Positions 53,681 through 64,000 of a stretch of DNA of 64,000 bases are shown here, piece by piece. The position numbers were made by a program, and so were the translations under genes. Below the pieces are notes generated by a model. The model was not told where the DNA came from and did no database searches. It saw only the letters and a list, made by a program, of their open reading frames with translations. This DNA comes from the human T2T-CHM13v2.0 reference genome, Homo sapiens: NCBI RefSeq assembly GCF_009914755.1, contig NC_060934.1. The stretch is one strand, 5' to 3'. Within the stretch, counting starts at the first letter, position 1. Each line of letters starts with the position of its first letter.

Positions 53681-54471
53681 GAACTGTGTAGGATTGGGCA
53701 CCACTGCCCCGTCCCAGGTCTCGTTCCCCTCCAGGCGTCCCTCTCCGTTACTGCATGTGTCCTGCCAGCTTTGCTCTTTGGGAAACAATTACACACACAC
53801 AGAGGTTTGAGCTTCCTCCCTCTCTCACTCAGTTGAATACACAGGTTTGTTTTGCTGTCACTGTTATTCTCATTTGTATGTGTACTTTCCAGGAGAAAAA
53901 TTAAAATGATTTGTAAAAAAGCTACCCTGTTTATGTCAGGATATGCAATTGTATTCTTATGATTTGATAATCATTCATTCGTAGGAACTCAGATAATTAA
54001 TTTGCAGTTTGAAATGATTTTTTGTTATTGTTTTCTGAGGACACGAAAAACATTCCTTCCAGGTGTCATTCCATTTTGTGGTCTTTCTAATACAAATGTT
54101 GTGTGTCTAATTACAATTGAATTATTTACTGATACCAATGCCATTGACAAATAGGAAAAGTTTATTGTAAATTATTAAGCACATTTTCTTCTGATTTATC
54201 TGTTCATTAATTATTATTAAAATAAGATGTGATACAGCCAGCATGGAACACAAATCTTCAGAGTACAGACAAATCCATTTTTATGTGCACACTCATGTAC
54301 ACCATGCAGAGCAATATACATTCAATTTCTAGCACCCCCGAGAGCTTCAGGGCACCCTTGACACAATGAACTCCACCTTAGAGAAAGACTCTATTTTAAA
54401 TGCTATTTCATAGGGCACTTTGCCAAAAAGAATAACATGTTTTGTTTAATAAACAAATAAGAAAAAGGTAT

Positions 54472-54510
54472 CTTGGCCTCCCAAAGTGCTGGGATGACAG
54501 GCCTGAGCCA
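54472..54510 (-). mobile_element. Alu 5'-arm fragment (~40 bp)
   Basis: CTTGGCCTCCCAAAGTGCTGGGATGACAGGCCTGAGCCA. Confidence 0.85.
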
Positions 54511-55064
54511 AATCTGAGAATGGCCTATGACACAGCCCACAGGAGATCCTGAGAAGATGTCCCCAAAGTGATCAGGGTACAGCCTCATTTTATTTTAGAC
54601 ATTTTGGGAGACATGAGATATCAGTCAAATACTTGGAAGATGTACATTGGTTCCATCTGGAAGGGTAGAACAACTTGAAGTGGGGGAACTTCCAGGTCAT
54701 GATTGGATTTTAAAATTTTCTGATTGACAATTGCTTGGAAGAGTTATTATCAGTAGAAAGGAATGTCTGGGTTATAAGGGGTTGTGGAGACCCAGGTTTT
54801 ATCAGGCAGACAGATGAAGCCTCCAGGTAGCAGGCTTCAGAGAGAATAGGTTGTAAATGTTTCTTACCAGACTTAATATCCGTATTGATGTTAATGCTGG
54901 TCAGCTTTTCCTGGATTTCAAAAGGGAGTATAATGAGGCATGTCTGACCCTCTCTTCCTTCATGGCTAAACTATTTTTTCAGATTAACTTTGGAATGCCC
55001 TTGGCCAAGCGGAGGGGTCCACTCAGATGGTTAGGGGGCCTTAGAATTTTATTTTTGGTTTTCA
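54503..55064 (-). mobile_element. MER4-group (ERV1) LTR, lacking its 3' terminus
   Basis: The right end, CTTTGGAATGCCCTTGGCCAAGCGGAGGGGTCCACTCAGATGGTTAGGGGGCCTTAGAATTTTATTTTTGGTTTTCA, is the reverse complement of the MER4 5' end. Confidence 0.88.
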
Positions 55065-55799
55065 TACTAGATGCGGAAAGAAACAGTTAACAGGGAAAGA
55101 CTTAAAAATAACTATGATTAAAATTTTGAGAAGAAACAATTGATAAAAAGATAAAAAGTTGGTATATTTCAATACGAATGCATTTACTTCATTGGAATTC
55201 CTCATATTATATTCAAATTCAGTAATTTCTCTTTTGATGTCATTTATTGAGTTAATGTTGTTTTCCATCTATACTTTCTAGTTTCCAGATTTATAAAAGA
55301 CTACTTTTCATGCTCTTCTGCATTTATGTCTGCCCTTTTGTTCTGTGTGATTATTTCCTGTTTGTGTAGTTTAAAGTGTTTTACCTATTTTAGTATGCTA
55401 AGCACTTTTTAAAGTAATTTTGAATTTATTCAATATTATTTGTTGATTTTTGTAACCACAGTGGCATTATTTCTCTTCTAAGTCTTGTCCCCTTGCTTCA
55501 ACTTCCTTTGCTTTATCTTTTGTGTTTCTTCTTTCCCTAGCAGTTTGTTTGTGTTTAAATCTCTCACTCAGCCCTCTCATGTTCAAGCTCAAAACCTGGT
55601 CTTAGAAATGCACTTCACAGTCTGTGGAGGTTTGAGGGATATTCCAAATCCAGCTCCCAGATCCTGACAAAGTCTCTGCCCACTTTCTTTCACCTCTCAA
55701 AGTATAATGCTTCTTTAAGACAAGTTTATTTTAATGTCAACGTGTAATGTTTGTTTGGAACAGGCAGTGACCTTGCTTATGGACCTACAATGACATTTC

Positions 55800-58145
55800 A
55801 ACTGGAAGTTACAGAAATTTTTTTAAGTTAAAAACAAAAATAGAGAACAGGTACAAAATGCTGTAATTTTCAGAAAAAATAGAGTCTGTAAAACTAAAGG
55901 TGAAAAGTACACAGAATAAGCGTACTCTAGTTGATAATGTTGTGCGACATGAGATTGCTCATCACAGCGGGTTTAACTGGAACTGAGGAATTCAATGATG
56001 GGACGGTGGGTGGGGAAGGCAGGTTTCTCACTGCAGGAATGAGGATGAGGCAGGAGAGCAATCCATGGGGTGATGGAGCAGAGCTGGAGACACCAGGATG
56101 GACCTACCTGTGCTTAATATAGACACTCACAGGTACAGAGAGAAATGTTCACTCGTTTGTGTGTGACTTATAATATGATCAATGTACATACATGAACCTT
56201 TGCTCTGTTGGCTGAGAAGGCCTAGAAGCAAAGACACTCAAGGGAGACAAGCACACCCAGTGCCCAGATCTTGGTTTCTAATACCAATCCCCAGTAAAGT
56301 AGGCAGGAAGTTTTAGGGTAATGGCTGATTCTAGAACCAGGACAAGAAATATGCAGGCTTATCCTAGAGCATCTTGTAGTGCCAGAAGGAAAGATAGGGC
56401 TGAACACATACACACACACACATAATCAGACACACTTAGACACACACACATGCATACACATGCGTAACACATACATGCACATGCACACATACACAAACAC
56501 ACAGAAATACATGCTCATCCACAGGCATGCACACATGTGCACATATATGCATGTGCACACACACACACACACACTGATGGGGATGTCAAAGGATAAAGAG
56601 TCAGCTAGAAGAGCTCCTGATGGCCAAAGCTGAGCCACTTTGAGCAACAGGATGAGGTAGTATTGGTTTATAACCCAAAGTATAAAATAGTGTTTATATG
56701 TTCACACTGATATAATTGAATAAATAAATAAATAGGGGACAAGAGATATAGCCCCCATGCATAAGAAAATCCAAGTTATTTCCGCAGAGGCTCTGTCCTC
56801 CAGAAGGGCAATCGTAACCCGGCTCCCGAGCATGGGCCCTTCACAGTGACTTTCTTCCCGGGGCACAGGGCAGCCGGAGGCGGGAGGGGAGGAACAGCCT
56901 TGGGTGAGAGCCTGAGAGTTGCTGCTCGTCCGGGCGATGGAGGTCAGCAAAAACAGTGATGAACACGTGAGCACGTGGCCTCTGCTATGTGAGGAGAATG
57001 GCCCCTTTTCTATGTGCTGTTCCTACAGTGCCCCATAACCCAAGTCAAATCATGAAGAAAACATAAATTCCATTTCAGCAAAGAGGCATCGGACAAAATA
57101 TACAACCAGTCCCGCTCAAAACTGTCAAGATTACCAAAATCAAGTCAAGTCTGAGAAACTGTCACAGCCAAGAGCAGCCTAAGGGGACATGACAACTAAA
57201 TGTCATGTGGGATCCTGAATGGGACCCTGGAGCCGCAAAAGTGTTCCGGATGGTGAATCCTCACGAGTCTGCAGCAACCTCAATTCTTGCCTCCTCAGAA
57301 GAAAGAATTCGACTGGGGGCATAAGGCAGAAGGAGAGACCAAGGCAAGTTTTAGAGCAGGAGTGAGAGTCTATTTAAAAGCTTTAGAGCAGGAACGAAGG
57401 GAAGAAAAGTACATTTGGAAGAGGCCCAAATAGGTGGCTTGAAGGACAAGTGCGCGGTTTGACCTCTGACTTGGGGTTTTATACGTTGGGATATTTCCAG
57501 GGTCTTGCGTCCCTTCTCCCCTGATTCTTCCGTTGGGGTGGGCTGTCCACATGCGCAGAGGCTGCCAGCACCACAGAGCAGCGCATGTGCAGTGTGTTTA
57601 CTTGAGTCATGCACATGTGCATTTGAGGCGTTCTTCCCTCAGCACCCAAATGCCCCTGGAAGGTCATCCTCCGCCACGTTGCCTCTTAATGCACACGCTT
57701 GAGCCCACTGGCTGCACTCCTGAGATGTTATCTGGCAGCTGCTGATCACCAGTTTCAGGTGTTTCCTGTCCATAGGGAGACCACCATTCTCTGACACTGG
57801 CTGTGACCTATTATTATGTTAAAGGGGCAGTGTGACAACCACCTGACCGTCACCTGATGGTCACCTGACTTTCCTGGTGGGCTGTCTGGACCCTCCTTCT
57901 GCCCCGTTCGTGTCTGATTAGCTACAAACGCTTAACAAAAGGACAGTAGGGGAAATTCACATACCTGTGAATAAAGTGTAGACTTTGGTCAACATTAATG
58001 TCTCAATATTGGTTCATTGAGACGAATGCACCTCACTCATGAGAGATGCGGGTCATGGGAGAGCCTAGGTGCAGGGAACCGGGAGCTCTGGTCCCACTTT
58101 CTCAATTTCTCTGTAAATCTAAAACTGTTATAAAAATGAATTAGA
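55800..58145 (+). mobile_element. L1MC/L1MD-type 3' UTR, interrupted by an LTR
   Basis: GCACACCCAGTGCCCAGATCTTGGTTTCTAATACCA...AATGGCTGATTCTAG...GCATCTTGTAGTGCCAGAA; CTGAGAAACTGTCACAGCCAAGAG; ends CTGTAAATCTAAAACTGTTATAAAA. Contains a CA-rich expansion at 56405-56575. Confidence 0.8.
57242..57937 (-). mobile_element. ERV1-class solo LTR (LTR9-like)
   Basis: TG...CA termini; CTGCAGCAACCTCAATTCTTGCCTCCTCAGAAGAAAGAATTCGACTG; 4-bp TSD AAAG; the host L1 reads through once it is removed. Confidence 0.85.
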
Positions 58146-59693
58146 TTAACATAAATAAAAATGAACAAACTCACTCTCAGACTTTACAAATAATTTTATA
58201 ATTCTGAACCAGATATTTCTGTCCTCTATCCTCTACCACCAATATCTAGGAAATTGAGAATGTAATAACTGCACTTTTTGAGCAACATGGTTTTTTTATT
58301 TGTAAATAATTTGTATAGAATTCATTTATTTAACTTACATTTAAAAATTATAGAATAATACTGTTTCATAAAATTTTATTTTGCCTGAAATAATTAAATT
58401 GTTTGTTTCTGAGAAGCTGTATTTAGCTGATCCAACTAACAATCACGTTTGTTTTTAGTAACATTGAAAAAAAATACTCCATTTCAAAGCGGGGTTAAAC
58501 ATTTGATACTCAATTTCACTGCTAAACAGGTCTCTTTGTTATATCTCTTATTATACACAATGGCTAAATGGGTCAAGTTTGAAATCCATAAAATGGAGTT
58601 GTTAACATTGCATTTTTATTCCTTTTTTCTGAGGAATTTTTTTCCTACACAAAGTGATTTGCTTTTACTTCCATACAATGTAAAGCTTTGCTTTTCTTCA
58701 AAAAGCACATTGTCAGACCCCTCAGTAGTAAAAGCGTTTATTTCTCTGCCTTTGGCAGCTCATGAAGGATGTCAGCTTGAGTGACTTAGAAAGTTGTGCT
58801 CCTGAGAATTCAAAGAAAGTGCCCAGAGGTGCAGACAGAAGAACAAAATGTCAAGGGAATAAGAACGCTCCTCAAGGAATAAATTAATTCCAGGCCCTTT
58901 GTTGACAAGTAGCTACAAGCCTACATAGGGTGGTGTTATGAGATACACCTCTCAGTTAATGACAAATGTGGGCCATTGCTACATTTGCATTTTCTTTTTT
59001 GGAAGAGCATCGCTTTGCTTTAAACTATTAATGAAGGAGAAAACACAAATCCGCCATTGAATTGGGAAAATGATAGAAATAAACACATGGATGAGGATTC
59101 AGCCTGTCATGAGTGAATCTTCATTCTGCTGTTAATTAGGTCTGTCCCCTTGAACCAGTTTATTCTAAGCCAAAGTTTTCATATTTGCACAGTAGAGATG
59201 ATAGCATGGGGGTTAAAAGTTAAAGAAAACAGAAATTTCATCTCCCCTTCTGAGCAGAGATGTCTGACCAAACTTGGCCAATCCTATGTGTTTCAGGGAG
59301 AATTCCAGGCATGGACCAAGTGATGTGGCATCAGCAGGTCCCCATCAGAGCTGTGGAGGTGGCTTCTGTCTCACGACGGTTCTTGTCTTCTTTGCTCACA
59401 AACCCCGGAATGCTCTTGATCTCTGCGTCTTCCACTCCTGTTCCTCAGGTTTCATCAAAGTGTGAGTCCCCAGGTGTCCAATAAAAGCATTTTCCCATCT
59501 AATTAGTTAAAGTGAGTCTGGATTATTGTGTGGTCTTGGGTAACCTCTCTGTGACTTGAAATTTTGATATGTACAATTGGAATCATAATAACACAGATTT
59601 GTAGGCTTTTGATAATTTATGTAAAGCATTCATAAGTTAGAGAATATGGTTATTAGTCAACATTATTACAACTGATTATTTATATGATGATAT

Positions 59694-60143
<450 letters not shown>

Positions 60144-62364
60144 TTAAGTCCTTAAATTCTAAATACCCAGCCTGAATCCAATTGCTGTCCAGCAAATGGG
60201 TCTCCCTGAGGCTGTGCCTGCTTGGCATCAGGTACTTTTGCAGTTCTAGGAAACTTGAGTTTAAGAAATACCCAAAATATAAAATGCACCTTCATCCAAT
60301 GCAAGCTGAGACAGTTACAAACAGGGGTGATGAGGCTGGCATGAGACTCCACCGGCTACCTGCTGGGTGCCACGAAGGCTCTGGGATCCTCGAATGCTCA
60401 GGTATGACATGGAAAAAGGCAGATGCTGTGAGCGTCATAACCTTAGATGTCCCTCCTAGGGATAAAAGAAAGCAAAACTTATCCGCCATCTTTGACCCAT
60501 TTTTCTTGTCTTTCCAGCCTGGGAGGCATCCACTTAACACTTCATCCAAAGTGATCTTCAGCCTCCTTGGGAGAAATAACCTCCTGTCAGTGACATCAGC
60601 TTCTCAGAGCATCATATGGAGATGCCTCCAGGGACATAGAAACTCAATTTGAAAGTGACAACAAAAATGTCAGGGTTATTATATTGTAAGAGAAAAAGGA
60701 CAATGTGTTGTCAAATGAATTTTATTAAACCTTTGCTATCAACTTTGTAAAAACATATGCAGGCAGCTCTGAAAATGTATTTAGAGTGAATACCTACTAT
60801 TGCCGTCCAAATACAATCTTATAGTGTTCTTCAATATAATTACACAGCTTTCAAACAAGGAATCTTGTCTAATATTTATAATTCGATATAAGGAAACTAA
60901 GGATGATGCCTACATATAAATTAGCTTACTTTTTAAAGTCATCTTCGTGAAGAACTAGTAACTCTGTACAAGACTCCACACATACAAAAGAGAAGCCTAA
61001 TTGTAAAATAATTACAAAAGGGATATAATGACAAATTGTTGAGAAGCGTGCAGAAATATCTGAACCATTGGACAAAAGTAACATCGGGAGAAAGGACAGA
61101 CGTTGTGATTCCCCACAAAAGTTATTGTTTGAAGTGGTTCCATAGTCATTGCAGGTTGGACAAAAGCTGTTAAGAAGTAGACATAGTACATCAAAGGAGT
61201 GCTGAAGAATAATTTCAAAGAATAATGGTCTATGATACTGTGTTCCTTGTGCCGCTTTTTCCATTTATCTTTAGGGAGATGCTGTATTCATTCATGGGCC
61301 AAAAGCAAAGTCCAAATTCTCTGAATAGTGCAGGGAACTTCCTTCCACCACAACTTTTTCCTCCGTGGCAATAAAGATACACCTTTATCCAATTATTTTC
61401 TCCACTATTCCCTACTCATACAAAGTTCTTTCCATTATTATTTTAGCTTAATCCTTACAAAAATAAATTTTAATACTCACTTGGACATATTTTTAGGGAT
61501 GTTTATAGAACCATCTGCAATTGGTTTATTGATTAGACTAATAACATTAAGATATTTCCTTGGAGACATCTTTCCATTTATGGGAAGAAACCTCACATAA
61601 TTTTGGTAGAATATTTACATTTAGATTTGCTAAGATATTATGATCTTAAGTGATACTGTATTTTTATTTATTTAAAAATCAGTTTCTTAAATCAGAATTA
61701 TATTTGTTTTTCACAGCAGTTTCAACCTGTGCATTTTAACCTTGGGCAAAACACATATTTTTGCCTTGAAAACTTGCAAATATTTATGTCTCTGATAATA
61801 CTTCTGATTTCTAACTTCCTAATTGGTTATCTAAATAAAATTTTTGTTCTCACCACAATTTTCAACGATTGCATTAATAACTACATGGATATGGCTTTTT
61901 TGATATATGAAATATTGGAAACTGATGAGCTGGGGAAAGCACATGGATATACTTTGAATTTATTAATTCACCTCTAAATATTGCTTTTGCCATATTCCAA
62001 CTTTTCTGTAATGGTCTGACCTTTATTGCTTCTGCCATCTAAAATTTGCAGACGCAAAAGGAAGTCTCAAATGTACTGACTTTTTTAGTATATTATCTGA
62101 CTACATTGCCTGTCTTTTAAGCAATTCTTCCTTATTCAAGAAATAGTCTGTGGAATTAGTTGCCAATTGTGATAGTTATCTTAAATTTGGAATGAAATTA
62201 CTTTTTATATTTTATCCATGTCTATTTCATTTTGGCCTTCGTTTTTACAATTCAAGTTTTTTTTTGTTAGCCTGCTATTGGGACATTGATAGAGATATTC
62301 AGAAGCATTTGCTGAAGTTACCATAAATAAGACAGATTAGAGCAGTAATTGCAGGCCAGGAGTT

Positions 62365-62578
62365 AGGGTCTGACCTTGGTCGAGATATTAGTATTGCAAA
62401 ACTGTCTTTGACAGCATGGGCAAGTAGTTTAACTCTCTTGCTTCAAATTCTTCATCTGTTAAATGAGGATGTTTATCTCATAGAGTCGTTGGAAAGAATA
62501 AATGAGAGAATAAATATAAAACACTGGGAATAGTGCCTGGTGCAAATAAACAATAAATAAACCCTAGCTATCATTATC
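62365..62578 (+). mobile_element. MIR
   Basis: GGGCAAGTAGTTTAACTCTCT..TTCTTCATCTGTTAAATGAGGAT..CTCATAGAGTCGTTGGAAAGAATAAATGAGA..ATAGTGCCTGG is the MIR core. Confidence 0.85.
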
Positions 62579-63799
62579 TTCCAAGACAATTATTTGAAAT
62601 ATGATTAAGTTTGAAAACAATTAAAGATATAAGACTCAGTTTCTATAAAAAGACTTCAAAACCATATTTTTTTTCCTAGAAAATAAAGCTGCTCTTGCAG
62701 AACTAAAATGTAAAAAGTTCTCAGCATTAGAGGTAAATTAAGGACATATATTGATATTAAAATCTCAAGAAAAAGCCTACAAAAACAAATTATTGGCTTT
62801 TTCCATTACATTCACTGAGTTGGAACTTCTGCTTTCATGAATAAGCTCATTTCCTTACACAGTACTTTTTTTAAAGCCAGAAATTAGAAAAACAAATGAT
62901 TCAGGTTCTTCCAGTTAATCTCATAAGCAAATTTTATAAAGTAACTTCTAAATGAATGCAAATTCCTTGTCCCATAAACATGCAGTTGTGTTTGTAAGAA
63001 GGTGTGCATATTATCAAAGGGGGTATTAGTGTTTTTTTCAGGTGCTTTAAAATGCTTTATTGGATTTTGAGTCAATATTATATAATATTAGTAATGCGAA
63101 CAATAGAATAACTCCTCTTAGCCAGATTTGATTTCTATTGATTTTAAAATTCTAAGCTGAATGCCCTCTTAAAATTATAAAGGAGCAACTCGGAGGTCAT
63201 CTCTGAGTGCTAATCTGCTGACTTCAGGAGCAAATAAGCGTGAAGTATTGATTTCAACATTAGTATTTGACCAAACCACTGAGGAAACCAGAGCTGGGAG
63301 GCAGGAGGATTCCTATCAGCCATGAAGGGACTCCCAGTTCCTAGGCGCTCTGCTCTGTCATCATCTCCTTTGTAAGCTCTATGATAGGGCAGCTTAAATG
63401 TCTGAATTTTGCAATTCAGGATTTTGACTTCTGATCCGAAATTTGTCCTGATGGCCTAACTTAGATAGAACAGCTTCCGGATTGGCTCCTTTAGATATAT
63501 TTGTTACTTTCAAATCCTGACCTCAATAATTCCAACTCCAGGCAACCTGTTCCTTTCTTCTAATTTCTTCTATTGCTTGAAAAGTTACTTAGTAGGCAAT
63601 GTCATAAATATAATTAGCATAGAAATGTCTAGAAACTTTGACAACGTTTAAATTCCTCTGGTCATATTCATAATGTTTTTGATATTTATAGTCAAATAAA
63701 TAAAAGTGAATCTTTAAGATCTGGATAATTCTTATCTTTTATATTTTTGTATAGATGCATTTCTGTTTTATTTATGCACAAACGTGTTAAGTCTGAAAC

Positions 63800-64000
63800 T
63801 GTAGTGGGTCTGAGGTTTTACCTACTTGCAAACTAACAGGCTGCCTATCTCAATTTCCCACATGTATCCTGACAGAAGACAAAAGATCCCTGGGTCAGAG
63901 ACAGAAATTGAACATGACTCACAGCAAAAGCAGCAGCCTGAACAATTATCCGCATTGCTTACCATGCCCCAGTTCCCAAAGGACAGTGTGATGAGGGTGA
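63800..64000 (-). mobile_element. ERVL-class LTR (MER74-like), runs off the window
   Basis: TGTAGTGGGTCTGAGGTTTTACCTACTTGCAAACTAACA...CAGAAGACAAAAGATCCCTGGGTCAGAGACA...ACTCACAGCAAAAGCAGC. Confidence 0.7.

Noticed and set aside
60182-60652. 156-aa ORF
   Set aside because: Non-ATG start and no recognisable protein similarity.

Overview
This is primate (probably hominid) genomic DNA that looks intergenic or deep-intronic. I found no supportable protein-coding exon, CpG island or functional RNA gene. Every listed ORF is explained by Alu, LTR or tandem-repeat sequence, or by chance. The window is a mosaic of about a dozen Alu/FLAM copies, young and ancient L1 fragments, L2/MIR relics, a full-length THE1 MaLR provirus, several solo LTRs (MLT2A, MLT1, MST/THE1, MER50-, MER4-, LTR9- and MER74-like), a MER30 DNA transposon and at least five minisatellites, a density that suggests a distal chromosome band. 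The strongest finding is a chimeric retrocopy at 50102-50491: U6 snRNA nt 1-86 fused to the 3' CDS, 3' UTR and poly(A) of UQCRH, inserted with a target-site duplication (TSD) inside an MLT2 LTR. Also notable are an apparent twin-primed L1 3'-transduction (7368-7690), a local ~270 bp inverted duplication (13490-15075) and a SOX-motif-dense higher-order minisatellite (280-1755). All repeat-family and gene identities come from consensus sequences recalled from memory, not from database searches.
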